The position numbers were made by a program, and so were the translations under genes. A stretch of DNA of 64,000 nucleotides, from assembly GCA_964621755.1 (NCBI GenBank), contig CAZUPI010000010.1:4714-68713 (forward strand), written 5' to 3'. Position 1 is the stretch's first letter. Each line of letters opens with the position of its first letter. The notes beneath the pieces are model-generated. The model was not told the origin of the DNA, searched no databases, and saw only the letters and a program-made list of their open reading frames with translations. The stretch is from an uncultured Ruminococcus sp. Lineage in GTDB: Bacteria; Bacillota; Clostridia; Oscillospirales; CAG-272. Shown one piece after another: positions 37,482 to 48,038 of this stretch.

Positions 37482-38771
37482 TCAGCCCTTCAGCAGCTTT
37501 TCTGCAGCCGCCAGTTTGATACAGGAACATAGAATCTCAATTGCCTGCTTGAGCTCGTTGTCCTCTGGAAACGTCGGCGCAATTCTGAGGTTGCTGTTGT
37601 GCGGGTCGCGACCATAGGGATAGGTTGAACCGGCAGTCGTCAGTGTGACGCCGACCGAACGTGCAAGCTGGTAGACGCGGCGTGCGCATCCGTCCGGTAC
37701 GTACAGGCTGATGAAGTATCCGCCGCGGGGCTCAGACCAGTGCGCAATATCAAGTCCACCCAGCTCATTTTGGAACATGTGCTCCACAAGCTCGAATTTC
37801 GGACGCAGGATGGCGGCGTGATTTCTCATGTGTGCGCGAATTCCGTCCGCGTTTTTGAAGAATTTTACGTGGCGCATCTGGTTAATTTTGTCGTAACCGA
37901 TGGTCTGGGTTGCAATGATGGGCTTAATCTGCTCAAGATTTTTCTCGGATGCCGCCATAATGGCAAGTCCGGAACCCGGGAAAGTAATTTTTGAAGTGGA
38001 CGCGAAGTAGAAGATATTGTCTTCAGTGCCGTATTCCTTCGCACGCTCGAAAATGTTGGCGAGCGGAACCATCTCGTCGTACAACTCGTGTACCGCATAC
38101 GCATTATCCCAGAAGATACGGAAGTCGGGTGCGGCGGGTTTCATTGCAGCGAACAGGTCTACAACCTCGTCGGAATATGTAATTCCTTCGGGATTTGAGA
38201 ACTTCGGCACGCACCAGATACCTTTCACTGACGGGTCGGAGCAGGCGATGTCGTATACCTCGTCCATGTCGGGACCGTCCTTTGTCATCTTAACGGGAAT
38301 CATCTCAATGCCGAGGGTGCGGCAGATGGTAAAGTGGCGATCATATCCCGGGGAAGGGCAGATGAATTTGATTCGACCCTGTCTGCACCACGGTTCGTGT
38401 CCGCCCGCAACGCCGAACAGCATCGCGCGTACCATGGTGTCGTACATTACGTTGAGGGAAGAGTTGCCGAGAACAAGAATCTGTTCGGTTGGAATATCAA
38501 GCAGGTCACTGAAAAGCTTTTTCGTCTCCGGCAGACCATCGAGAATCCCGTAGTTGCGGCAGTCGAGCCCGCTCGCACTGAAGCAATCGCCGCGGTTGTT
38601 GATGATATTCAGCATACCGGAGGACAGGTCGAGCTGAGCCTGATTGGGCTTGCCGCGGGTAAGGTCGAGGGTGAGGTCCATTTCGGACCATTTGTCGAGT
38701 TTTGACTGCTCTTTGGCAAAGACTTCGCGGAGTTCGTCCGCTGTCATCTGAGAAAAAGCTTTTTTATTCAT
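37482..38771 (-). CDS. PLP-dependent aminotransferase, class I/II fold
   Basis: 429-aa ORF. The LTRGKPNQAQLDLS N-terminal block and the SKITFPGSG (Lys-PLP region) are typical of an aspartate-aminotransferase-like subfamily. Confidence 0.75.
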   Translation of the reverse strand: MNKKAFSQMTADELREVFAKEQSKLDKWSEMDLTLDLTRGKPNQAQLDLSSGMLNIINNRGDCFSASGLDCRNYGILDGLPETKKLFSDLLDIPTEQILVLGNSSLNVMYDTMVRAMLFGVAGGHEPWCRQGRIKFICPSPGYDRHFTICRTLGIEMIPVKMTKDGPDMDEVYDIACSDPSVKGIWCVPKFSNPEGITYSDEVVDLFAAMKPAAPDFRIFWDNAYAVHELYDEMVPLANIFERAKEYGTEDNIFYFASTSKITFPGSGLAIMAASEKNLEQIKPIIATQTIGYDKINQMRHVKFFKNADGIRAHMRNHAAILRPKFELVEHMFQNELGGLDIAHWSEPRGGYFISLYVPDGCARRVYQLARSVGVTLTTAGSTYPYGRDPHNSNLRIAPTFPEDNELKQAIEILCSCIKLAAAEKLLKG

Positions 38772-39179
38772 TATCGTGTACCTCTATATATAAAATTTTG
38801 CTTTTGACAAAAGAAAGGATTTTAAGACTTCGTTGTGCACCATTTAGGTGACATTTGTAGCCGGAGCATAAATTTTTTCTCTTTTTTAAGGCTGCGTTAT
38901 TTATTTGCAATAAATTTTGCATAATGGAACATTTGCTTATTCATAAATTGCCGATTTACGTGACAAAAGTCTGCAATAAATGAAAGCGTGCTGTTTTTAA
39001 CTTGCATAAAGGATTATGATACTCTTATATTATATGATATTTTATTCCAAAAAACAATACCTATCATGAAAATTTCAAAATAGTTATCATATTATTTTCA
39101 TATTATTTTTATCACGATGTATAATAAAAGAAAAGTGCAGGCGCGCACGATTCTGACAGGAAAAACGGAGGTTTATTTT

Positions 39180-40163
39180 ATGGCGCAGCGTGACACAAAT
39201 CCGTACAAATATTCGGATTCCAACAAACGATACATGACTTACGATTGGTATATGAAATCCCGCTTCGGCGGCAAGACGGCGAAGGTATCTCTGGACATTG
39301 GCTGTACTTGTCCGAATCTCGATGGTTTCCGCGGACGAGGCGGCTGCATATACTGCAAATCGGGAAGCCGCAGCGCGATCGGGGAGACGATGGAGGAACA
39401 GTACGTCCGCGGGGTGGAGATCGCCTGTCGGAAGTGGACCCCAATCGGATTTATCCCGTATCTCCAGTCCAATACAAATACATACGGTGATCCGTCAATC
39501 CTGCGGGGCTTCTACGACCGTGCGGCGGCGCTGGACGGTGCGGTTATGCTCGACATCGCGACCCGCGCAGACTGCCTGTCTGACGAGATTCTCAGCGTAC
39601 TGTCAGACACGGCGCGAAAAATCCCGCTGATGGTGGAGCTCGGCTTACAGACTACGAAGAACGAGACCGCGGAGCGAATCAACCGCTGCCATACCTATTC
39701 AGAATTTGCGGAGGGATATGGCAGACTGCGCCGCACGGCGGATGCCATAAACGAGGAGTTCGGAGGGCAGTTCAAACGATTCACAATCGGCGTACACCTC
39801 ATAAACGGTCTCCCGGGAGAGGACGCGGACGACATGCGCCAGTCCGCGGTTGACTTAGCGAAACTTGCTCCGGATATGGTGAAAATACACCTCGCGCATG
39901 TGCTGTCGGGGACAAAGCTGGCGGAGCAGTATCAGGCGGGTGCATACGAACCAATGAGCAGAGAAGCATATGTGGCGGTCACATGCGACCAGCTTGAGCT
40001 GCTTCCGGAGGAGACCATCATCGGCAGAGTAACCGGTGACGGCATGGCTGACGACCTTCTTGCTCCCTTGTGGAGCCGCCGGAAAACGGAGGTAGCAAAC
40101 GAAATCGACAAAGAGCTTTATCGCCGTGGAACTTGGCAAGGGTGCAAAAACGGCATATGTTGA
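39180..40163 (+). CDS. radical SAM protein, TIGR01212 (YhcC-like) family
   Basis: It has a CTCPNLDGFRGRGGCIYC cluster region and overall TIGR01212-like blocks. The start is placed at ATG 39180 after GGAGG. Confidence 0.8.
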   Translation: MAQRDTNPYKYSDSNKRYMTYDWYMKSRFGGKTAKVSLDIGCTCPNLDGFRGRGGCIYCKSGSRSAIGETMEEQYVRGVEIACRKWTPIGFIPYLQSNTNTYGDPSILRGFYDRAAALDGAVMLDIATRADCLSDEILSVLSDTARKIPLMVELGLQTTKNETAERINRCHTYSEFAEGYGRLRRTADAINEEFGGQFKRFTIGVHLINGLPGEDADDMRQSAVDLAKLAPDMVKIHLAHVLSGTKLAEQYQAGAYEPMSREAYVAVTCDQLELLPEETIIGRVTGDGMADDLLAPLWSRRKTEVANEIDKELYRRGTWQGCKNGIC

Positions 40164-40216
40164 TAATTTTGTGAATATTGCACAAAATATTTCGCAAATA
40201 TTGAACAAAATTCTTC

Positions 40217-40245
40217 TTGCAAATACAACATATATCTGATATAAT
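40217..40245 (+). promoter_or_regulatory. rubredoxin promoter (TTGCAA-N17-TATAAT, TGn extended)
   Basis: TTGCAAatacaacatatatctgaTATAAT, 75 nt upstream of ATG 40320. Confidence 0.6.
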
Positions 40246-40319
40246 TATAGCCGATCTGATATATTATGTAACATAAGTTATGCATTACTAGAATCAATCT
40301 ACGAAAAGGAGGTGTGACA

Positions 40320-40496
40320 ATGAGATATATATGCTTAATCTGCGGCTACGTTTATGACGAAAAAGAGGGTGACCCCGACAACGGTATTGAACCCGGCACT
40401 CTTTGGGAAGACCTCCCAGATGATTTCGAGTGCCCTGACTGCGGCGTTTCAAAGGAGAACTTTGAAAAGGACCCGGACTGCGAGGAAGATGAATAA
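40320..40496 (+). CDS. rubredoxin
   Basis: [14 protein letters not shown]...[14 protein letters not shown] carries the two CxxCG knuckles. An AAGGAGG RBS lies 7 nt upstream. Confidence 0.93.
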   Translation: MRYICLICGYVYDEKEGDPDNGIEPGTLWEDLPDDFECPDCGVSKENFEKDPDCEEDE

Positions 40497-40550
40497 ATCC
40501 TGCGTCAAGCAAAAAACCGTACGGCTTTTCAATCGAAAGCATGTCCGGTT

Positions 40551-40646
40551 TTATTTTTTAGACCCTGCTGCCAAAGCCAACATTCCTGTCATGACAATCA
40601 GTACCACAATGAGTATTGCGATATCGAAAGTAGGTGGTGATACCAT
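40551..40646 (-). CDS. candidate 31-aa hydrophobic micropeptide
   Basis: MVSPPTFDIAILIVVLIVMTGMLALAAGSKK* is preceded by GGGAGGAACT (a strong RBS 4 nt from the ATG). It has a single predicted TM helix and a KK terminus. It is below the ORF-track cutoff. Confidence 0.4.
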   Translation of the reverse strand: MVSPPTFDIAILIVVLIVMTGMLALAAGSKK

Positions 40647-40880
40647 AGTTCCTCCCTGTGAGTGGGGTTGGATATCGTTTTAAGCGACTCCTTCCGCTTC
40701 TTGTTGGCCCCATTGTAACATAATTCTTGCATTCTGTCAATACTTTTGTGATTTTTAATTCATAAAATTTCATTATATAATTCACGAATTATTTATTATA
40801 GTTATTTTTGTCGATTTTTGTCTCTTAAATAAAAACGATGGGGGAGCTTTTACTAAGGTTCCCCCATCGTTTTTTCTCAC

Positions 40881-42560
40881 TTACCTTTCAAATCGCACAA
40901 CAGATACCACGCCATCTGTTTCTCCGGTATAATAGACTGAGATAACATCGCCCTCGTCCACAAAGAGGATGTCTTCCGTGAACGCCATGCGGTATACTTT
41001 ACCTCCTGATTTGATGTAGACCGTTGTTTCCCCGCCTTGTGTGATATAGATAACCTCGTCTACGGTGATTTTTTCTTCTGTCAGAAGGTCGTTTGATATT
41101 GCGCCGCTTGATTGTGACAACGCTGACTTGTACTTTTGGAATACCTCTTCCTGCGTGTCACTTGTCACAACAATGTTGTAGTTGCGCACGTTGACCATGG
41201 AGTACATCTTCACAATGCCGGACGCATCCTTCAGCACCATGATGTATGTCGCTTCGCCGGCAACGTTAACAAGCGACGGGAACGACGCCTTGTATCCGTA
41301 TTGCTGTACCGAACCTTCGGCCGCAGACATCGCACTGTATTCCTCTGCGCCGGGCACGCTGTAGTACTGATACGTACCTGTACGGGAGTTGGCGAGGATA
41401 AAACCAATGTTCGCTTCATCGTTTGAAGTCGAAGTCACGCCTGTGAAAATATATACGTCATTGCCAATGATTTTATAGCCGAAATCATCAGTCGTGACAA
41501 CACAGTCCGTTTGAGAGAACGCAGAGTTGATATAACCGCCGCGCAGCATCCCGTACCAGTCGTACTTCTGGCAAATAAGGTTGCCGGCATACACAATGTC
41601 GATCCACTCCGGAGAATCGGCAGGCGCGTACCTTGCCGTTTCGCCCGTACATGCGTCAAGCGTCACAACGGATTCTACATCAAACGCACCGAACAGTCCC
41701 GCGTTAGGCTTCATCACTGCCGCAATCCAGTAGGGATGTCCATCGTCATCCACTTCGAAGTAAACTGAGCCGAAAATTGCACCCGGATACGCAAAGCGGA
41801 GCGCACGCATGAGGTCCTTGGAAAAATAAGCGGACGGCGAATACTTAATGTAATCGCCAGACAAACGCACAAACTCTGCGTCAAACCGCACCGGGTCAAC
41901 CTTTACATATCCCGGAATACCGGACCTGCTGTTTGTTATCCATTTGAAGAAGGACGCATATTCCAGCGGCGCCACCTTGTACGGCGCGGTACTGCCATCA
42001 CCCTCCCTCATCGCTATCTGCGTGTAAGTATTTGCCACATTGTATTGTGACACGAGGTCGGACAGCGTGCCGAGCGTGCGCGCACCGATGATTCTCGCGG
42101 AAGCGGAATCCATGAGCGCGATGTCGGAAACGTATTCCGTTTCAGCAATATCTGTGGAAAAGTCACCCGATTCAACTGTAATCAGCGAGCTGTAGGTTTT
42201 CGCCCGAAATATTTCAGAAGAGACAATTGAGCCGATGACCAAAAACACCACAACCAGCAGCGTAATAACAACTTGTACCTTAATAAACTTTCGCGACTTT
42301 CCCGCACTCATGCCTGACTTAAAATCAATCGCACCGGAAGGGAAGCGCATCATGTTGGAGAACATGGTCCCTGCCAGAAGATTCACAATAAAGTACGACA
42401 CAAACACGACGGCATCCACAAAAAGGAAGAACGTCCAAAACGCACCGGAGTAAATGGAAAGAGGCGGGAGTGTAACATAATAAACGATACCTAGAAAAAT
42501 GAGTACGGCGAGGAGGTACACAACAATCCCACCGATATGAGACTTTTTCTTCATTTGCAT
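40881..42560 (-). CDS. membrane protein of unknown function (N-terminal TM helices plus a large extracytoplasmic domain)
   Basis: 559-aa ORF with 3-4 hydrophobic helices in the first 120 aa. No recognisable catalytic motif was found. Confidence 0.6.
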   Translation of the reverse strand: MQMKKKSHIGGIVVYLLAVLIFLGIVYYVTLPPLSIYSGAFWTFFLFVDAVVFVSYFIVNLLAGTMFSNMMRFPSGAIDFKSGMSAGKSRKFIKVQVVITLLVVVFLVIGSIVSSEIFRAKTYSSLITVESGDFSTDIAETEYVSDIALMDSASARIIGARTLGTLSDLVSQYNVANTYTQIAMREGDGSTAPYKVAPLEYASFFKWITNSRSGIPGYVKVDPVRFDAEFVRLSGDYIKYSPSAYFSKDLMRALRFAYPGAIFGSVYFEVDDDGHPYWIAAVMKPNAGLFGAFDVESVVTLDACTGETARYAPADSPEWIDIVYAGNLICQKYDWYGMLRGGYINSAFSQTDCVVTTDDFGYKIIGNDVYIFTGVTSTSNDEANIGFILANSRTGTYQYYSVPGAEEYSAMSAAEGSVQQYGYKASFPSLVNVAGEATYIMVLKDASGIVKMYSMVNVRNYNIVVTSDTQEEVFQKYKSALSQSSGAISNDLLTEEKITVDEVIYITQGGETTVYIKSGGKVYRMAFTEDILFVDEGDVISVYYTGETDGVVSVVRFER

Positions 42561-42703
42561 TTACCTGCCTTTCAAAAAAACATCCATGTTAATGTACATC
42601 CTCATTTTACCACAGTACAAGGAAATTATCAACAAATCTATAAAATTTTAATCAGTATTTAATGAAGCTTAATCCTTTTGCGGCATACCACAGATGAAAA
42701 GTT

Positions 42704-42733
42704 TTAGGGGGATTTTTTCAAAAATCCCCCTAA
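42704..42733. repeat. GGGGG-ATTTTT-TC-AAAAAT-CCCCC palindromic element 16 nt after the uvrA stop
   Basis: TTAGGGGGATTTTT-tc-AAAAATCCCCCTAA. Confidence 0.85.
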
Positions 42734-42748
42734 CTGTTTTCCAAAGAC

Positions 42749-45589
42749 TCAGCCAATTCCCAGCTTGTCCTTCAAATATTTTCCCGTGTAAGACCTTTCG
42801 CACATCGCAACTTCCTCAGGAGTACCGGTTGCGATGACGGCGCCGCCGCCGTCGCCGCCCTCGGGCCCCATGTCGATGATGTAGTCGGCAGATTTGATTA
42901 CATCGAGGTTGTGTTCGATTACAACGACCGTGTTGCCTGCATCGACAAGCTGCTGGAGTATCGCGATGAGCTTCTCCGCATCCGCGCTGTGCAGTCCTGT
43001 TGTCGGCTCGTCGAGAACGTATATCGTTCGCCCTGTCGCTTTTCGAGATAACTCAGTCGCCAGCTTGACGCGCTGTGCTTCACCACCCGACAGAGTCGTC
43101 GAAGATTGCCCGATTTTCACGTACCCCAGTCCAACATCACACAGACACTGGAGCCGGCTTGCGATTTTGGGGATGTCTTTGAAAAATTCGACCCCTTCGT
43201 CTGCTGTCATGTCCAGCACGTCTGCGATACTTTTTTCCTTATACTTTACTTCAAGCGTCTCGCGGTTGTATCGCTTGCCGTGGCATACGTCGCAGGTCAC
43301 GTATACATCCGAGAGAAAGTGCATCTCAATTTTCTTTACACCGTCTCCTTCACAGGCCTCGCATCGTCCACCCTTGATGTTGAACGAGAACCGCCCGCTT
43401 GTGTATCCGCGCATTTTTGCCCCCTGCGTCTTTGCATACAGTGTACGGATGTCATTGAATAATCCCGTGTACGTTGCCGGATTCGAGCGCGGCGTGCGTC
43501 CTATCGGGGATTGGTCAATCGCAATGATTTTGTCAAGGTTTTCGATTCCGCGGATTTCGTCATGTGCGCCCGGATATGTCACTGCGCGCATCAGCTTCCG
43601 TGCCAGCGTTCGGTATAAAATCGCATTTACAAGGGATGACTTGCCCGAGCCCGATACCCCCGTCACACATACGAAGCACCCGAGCGGGATGTCTACCGTC
43701 ACATTTTTGAGGTTGTTTTCCCGCGCTCCGACAATTGTCAGTTTGTTTCCGTTTCCTGCGCGGCGCACCTCCGGTACTTTTATTTTCCGACGACCGGATA
43801 AAAAGTCTCCCGTTATCGATTGGGTACATGCCGCAACTTCCGCTGGGGTGCCGCACGCAACGACTTCTCCACCGTGAATACCCGCCGCCGGTCCAATGTC
43901 GACGATGTAGTCCGCCTCCTGCATGGTCTCCTCGTCGTGCTCTACGACAATGACGGAGTTTCCAAGGTCACGCAGATTCTTCAGCGTGGCAATCAGTTTT
44001 CCATTGTCCCTTTGATGCAGGCCGATTGACGGCTCGTCCAGAATGTACAAAACCCCTGCGAGAGAAGAGCCAATCTGCGTTGCAAGACGGATTCTTTGCG
44101 CCTCGCCGCCCGATAAAGTCGCGGATTTGCGGGAAAGCGTGAGGTAATCAAGCCCTACGCTTACCAGAAATCCCAGTCTGCTTTTGAGCTCCTTGATGAT
44201 TTCTTTGGCAATCTGCATTTCCGTATCCGTAAACTGGAGAGATTTCGTAAATTCGAGGGAATCCGCAACTGACATGACGCAGAATTCGTGAATGTTTTTT
44301 CCACCGACTGTCACCGCGAGCGCGTCTTTTTTGAGCTTTGCACCACCGCAGTCGGGGCAGACAGTGTCCGTCAGAAACTGTTCGTAGTATTCGGGGTCCC
44401 ATGCGTTCGGGTCACTGCGTGTCCCTATCATGCGCAGAATACCGTCAAAGTGGGTCGTCTGCGTCTGTCCGCGGTCTCCGAAGTAGCGGGTGACTGTCAG
44501 CTGTTCGGGCAGACCGTACAGCAGGACGTCATATGCGGCCTTTGGAAAATCTTGAATCGGCATGTCGAGGTTCGCGCCGTACTTCTCAATAGCCGCGGCA
44601 ACCAACGGACCGTTCCAGCTGTCCTCCGTGAGCGACTTGAAGCCGTTGACGACGATTGCGCCGTTTCGCAGGGTCAGCGATTTGTCAAGAATAATTTTCT
44701 CCGGGTCCACCGCGCGGAGCACTCCCAGACCGGTGCAGGTCGGACACGCGCCAAACGGGTTGTTGAATGAAAACATACGAGGCTCAAGCTCGCCAAAGCT
44801 AACGCCGTGCTCGGGACACGCGTAGTTGGTGGAAAATTCGGTTTCAACAGGCTTCGCGCTCGACTCGCGCCCGGGAACTATCGCACAAATCAGACTCCCA
44901 TCGGATTCGCGCAGCGCACATTCGACGGAATCGGACAGGCGGCCGCGGATGCCGTCCTTCATAACCAGGCGGTCGATGACGAGTTCGATGGTGTGGCGGA
45001 GATTCTTGTCGAGCGTGATTTCCTCAGACAGGTCGTAAATGATTCCATCTACACGCGCGCGGACATAACCATTTTTCTTCGCGTCGGCGAATACTTTTTC
45101 GTGCCGCCCCTTCTTGCCTCGTACAACAGGGGAGAGAATCATGAAGCGCTCTCCTTCTGGAAGCTCCATGATTTTGTCGATAATCACGTCAGTGGAGGTC
45201 TGGCGGATTTCGCGGCCGCATACCGGACAGTGTGGGATACCGACACGCGCGTACAGGAGACGAAGATAGTCGTAAATTTCGGTCACGGTTCCGACCGTGG
45301 AGCGCGGGTTTTTCGAGGTGGTTTTCTGGTCGATGGAAATCGCGGGGGAAAGCCCCTCGATGGAGTCGACGTCGGGCTTGTCAAGCTGCCCGATAAACAT
45401 GCGCGCATACGAGGAGAGAGACTCGACAAAACGGCGGTGCCCCTCCGCATAGATGGTGTCAAACGCAAGGGAGGATTTGCCCGAGCCGGACAGTCCGGTG
45501 AAAACGACCAGCTTATCACGCGGCACGTCGACATTGATATTTTTGAGATTGTTCATCCGCGCCCCGCGGACGGATATATAGTTTGGCAT
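42749..45589 (-). CDS. uvrA: excinuclease ABC subunit A
   Basis: Canonical UvrA: [18 protein letters not shown]..., two ABC modules ([22 protein letters not shown]) and zinc-finger Cys pairs. The start is placed at ATG 45589. The ORF-track extension to 45772 would overlap the upstream helicase gene. Confidence 0.97.
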   Translation of the reverse strand: MPNYISVRGARMNNLKNINVDVPRDKLVVFTGLSGSGKSSLAFDTIYAEGHRRFVESLSSYARMFIGQLDKPDVDSIEGLSPAISIDQKTTSKNPRSTVGTVTEIYDYLRLLYARVGIPHCPVCGREIRQTSTDVIIDKIMELPEGERFMILSPVVRGKKGRHEKVFADAKKNGYVRARVDGIIYDLSEEITLDKNLRHTIELVIDRLVMKDGIRGRLSDSVECALRESDGSLICAIVPGRESSAKPVETEFSTNYACPEHGVSFGELEPRMFSFNNPFGACPTCTGLGVLRAVDPEKIILDKSLTLRNGAIVVNGFKSLTEDSWNGPLVAAAIEKYGANLDMPIQDFPKAAYDVLLYGLPEQLTVTRYFGDRGQTQTTHFDGILRMIGTRSDPNAWDPEYYEQFLTDTVCPDCGGAKLKKDALAVTVGGKNIHEFCVMSVADSLEFTKSLQFTDTEMQIAKEIIKELKSRLGFLVSVGLDYLTLSRKSATLSGGEAQRIRLATQIGSSLAGVLYILDEPSIGLHQRDNGKLIATLKNLRDLGNSVIVVEHDEETMQEADYIVDIGPAAGIHGGEVVACGTPAEVAACTQSITGDFLSGRRKIKVPEVRRAGNGNKLTIVGARENNLKNVTVDIPLGCFVCVTGVSGSGKSSLVNAILYRTLARKLMRAVTYPGAHDEIRGIENLDKIIAIDQSPIGRTPRSNPATYTGLFNDIRTLYAKTQGAKMRGYTSGRFSFNIKGGRCEACEGDGVKKIEMHFLSDVYVTCDVCHGKRYNRETLEVKYKEKSIADVLDMTADEGVEFFKDIPKIASRLQCLCDVGLGYVKIGQSSTTLSGGEAQRVKLATELSRKATGRTIYVLDEPTTGLHSADAEKLIAILQQLVDAGNTVVVIEHNLDVIKSADYIIDMGPEGGDGGGAVIATGTPEEVAMCERSYTGKYLKDKLGIG

Positions 45590-45653
45590 AAAGAAAGTAC
45601 CTCGTTGTTCTTTCCAGATTAAAGTTTTTTGAGAGGGAAAACGCCCCGCAGCG

Positions 45654-47885
45654 TCAGCCCGTGACAGCGCGGTCAACGATTTCGTCAGCGCGGAGCTTGT
45701 CTTCGCGGTAAGCTTTTCGAAGTAGCTCTGACGGGATGTATTCGTCGTATTTCTCGAAAACGGGAGCCTCACTGGGACTTATCAGAGAATCAAGGTCGAT
45801 GCCGTCTCGCGCGATTTTCTCCATAATTTCCCGCATCATGTCGTCGCCGCGTCCGCCTTCGAGCTTAAATGTCATGTAATAGCATCCTTCAAACTCCATT
45901 CCCGTCAGCTTGTACTTGCCGGCGTTGCGGACGAGATACCGCCTGAGTGTGCGGAAGCTGCGCGTACCGAGCCACGGAAACAGGACCCACGTGTATCCGC
46001 CAAGAGGCAGGATGCAGTTTGTCGTGACGCCGGTATTTCGCGCGACCGCACGCGCGACCCGCAGCCTATTCAATGCGCCTTGGCGCAGGTATGGATATTC
46101 CGTATCCTCGCGCAGCACCTGCAGCATCCTCTCAAGAATGCGCGTGTGTATCTCACCGACGTCGCCCGGCCAGCTGATTTCCATTTTGCCTTCCACATGC
46201 TTCACATAAATGAGGTGTCTGGGAATGTCAAGCTCCTCCACTTCCCACACACGTCCGGCGAGTGCAAACCGGTCTCCCACCGGAGGCGGCGTCGTGATGA
46301 CCCCGATTTCGTCCGATTCGCACCGGACTGTGTAGTCCTCGGAGTCTTTGAATACCGCATAGAATTTGAAGGAATTCGTCAGCTTTTCGCCGCGCAGACC
46401 TACAATAAGCTCCCGCTCGTCGGTCATTTCAAGCCAGTCGTTGTTTATCATCGAAAGCAGCAGCGTTTTGTAGTCCTGCTCCTCAATGTGTGCAAATGGC
46501 GGAAGGGATAAGATCCGTCCGGCAAGCTCCTTCGCGGTTATCGCACCGTTCGACGCTACAACAGACAGGGTTTGCTGGAACAGCAGGCTGTACGGACAAT
46601 TCCGTATTGCCGGCGGCTCAATGAAGCGCTCCTCTATATAAAGCTGCACAATGGCAATCGCCTGCAGAAGATTCCACGGAATGAGCTGAGGCAGCGGCGT
46701 GTTCGGCAGCGCGTTGTCTTCCCGGAAGACCATCATCATCTCAGGTGGGTCTCCCCGTCTGCCGCTTCTCCCAAGCCGCTGTAAAAAGGACGATACCGTG
46801 TTCGGCGACCCTTGCTGAATGACACGTTCCAGCCTGCCGATGTCAATTCCAAGCTCCAGCGTCACTGTAGCGCACGCAACTGCTTTTGTCTCGTCGTTTT
46901 TCATCTTCATCTCCGCTTCTTCGCGGATGCTTGCCGATAAAAATCCGTGATGTATCAGGAAAACATCCGGCTCGTGCCGGTATGCTGCGATTTCACGCAT
47001 GGTCGCACAGATATATTCCGTTTCCTCACGGGAGTTTGAGAAAATGATTGCCTTTTTATTTTTTGTGGATTCATAAATATATTCATATCCCGGATCCATG
47101 GAAATCTCTTCTTTTCGCTGATTCCCCTCAGGAGTAGGCAGGTCCGCAACATCCGGACCATTGATGTAGAAATGTTCCATGCCGAGCCGCCAGAGGATTT
47201 TCACGGGGGGGATATCGGGTATAACTGTATCGCGGCCGCTCCCCGCACCAAGCCACGCCGCTGCTTTTTCCATATCGCCGAGCGTGGCGGATAGTCCGAT
47301 ACGCCTTGGAGATGCTCCGATCTTTCCCCTTAGTCGTGCGAGCTGACAGATGATCTGATTTCCCCGATCGCATCCGGTCAGCGTGTGGATTTCATCAATG
47401 ACCACATACCGCAAATCGCCGAACAGCCGTATTAAATCGGACGAACGGGTCATCAGCATACATTCAAGAGATTCCGGCGTGATTTGCAGAATCCCGCGCG
47501 GATTTTTGAGAGCTTTCGTTTTGTGTGACTGCGCCACGTCGCCATGCCAATGATAGACGGGAATTCCGGTTTCGTCACACAATTCGGAAATACGTTCGAA
47601 CTGGTCGTTGATAAGAGACTTCAGCGGCGCAATGTAGATGGCTCCAATCGACTGCGGCATATCTTCATAGAATTCTGAAAGAATCGGGAAGAACGCTGCC
47701 TCTGTCTTTCCGGACGCCGTTTGAGAGGGAAGCAGGATATTGTTTTCACTGTCGAAAATAATTTCCGCTGCCGAGACTTGTATCGGAGAAAGTGCGTCCC
47801 ACCCATGACTATATATAAATTCCCGTATAAACGGTGAATAACGGTCAAATACGTTCATTTTTTTCTCTTTCTTATTCTCTATCAT
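45654..47885 (-). CDS. Lhr-like DEAD/DEAH-box (SF2) helicase
   Basis: 743 aa with motif I (SQTASGKTEAAF), DEIH, SATLG, helicase-C motifs (HHGFLS, QRLGRSGRR) and a long C-terminal Lhr-type extension. It lies 65 nt upstream of uvrA on the same strand. Confidence 0.85.
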   Translation of the reverse strand: MIENKKEKKMNVFDRYSPFIREFIYSHGWDALSPIQVSAAEIIFDSENNILLPSQTASGKTEAAFFPILSEFYEDMPQSIGAIYIAPLKSLINDQFERISELCDETGIPVYHWHGDVAQSHKTKALKNPRGILQITPESLECMLMTRSSDLIRLFGDLRYVVIDEIHTLTGCDRGNQIICQLARLRGKIGASPRRIGLSATLGDMEKAAAWLGAGSGRDTVIPDIPPVKILWRLGMEHFYINGPDVADLPTPEGNQRKEEISMDPGYEYIYESTKNKKAIIFSNSREETEYICATMREIAAYRHEPDVFLIHHGFLSASIREEAEMKMKNDETKAVACATVTLELGIDIGRLERVIQQGSPNTVSSFLQRLGRSGRRGDPPEMMMVFREDNALPNTPLPQLIPWNLLQAIAIVQLYIEERFIEPPAIRNCPYSLLFQQTLSVVASNGAITAKELAGRILSLPPFAHIEEQDYKTLLLSMINNDWLEMTDERELIVGLRGEKLTNSFKFYAVFKDSEDYTVRCESDEIGVITTPPPVGDRFALAGRVWEVEELDIPRHLIYVKHVEGKMEISWPGDVGEIHTRILERMLQVLREDTEYPYLRQGALNRLRVARAVARNTGVTTNCILPLGGYTWVLFPWLGTRSFRTLRRYLVRNAGKYKLTGMEFEGCYYMTFKLEGGRGDDMMREIMEKIARDGIDLDSLISPSEAPVFEKYDEYIPSELLRKAYREDKLRADEIVDRAVTG

Positions 47886-47961
47886 ACTTCTTTATTTTAC
47901 ACCCAAACATTCGCCTAATGTTTAATAAATTGTAAATAACACACGTTTTTTGGAGAAAAAG

Positions 47962-47994
47962 CGGGGGGACACTTTTTTGGAAAAAAGTGCCCCG
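47962..47994. repeat. GGGG-CACTTTTTT-GG-AAAAAAGTG-CCCC palindromic element 45 nt after the glycosidase stop (one bulge)
   Basis: GGGGaCACTTTTTT-gg-AAAAAAGTGCCCCG. Confidence 0.75.
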
Positions 47995-48038
47995 AGTCCT
48001 CTTTTGTTGAAAGGTTTTTGCGGAGGGGTGCGTCGAAC

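Noticed and set aside
45590-45772. N-terminal extensions proposed by the ORF track for uvrA (to 45772), GH36 (to 20239), rny (from 21950), cas4 (to 7785), the radical-SAM gene (from 39117) and rubredoxin (from 40314)
   Set aside because: In each case a downstream ATG with a proper GGAGG-type RBS matches the conserved family N-terminus. The extension would overlap a neighbouring gene or add non-homologous residues.
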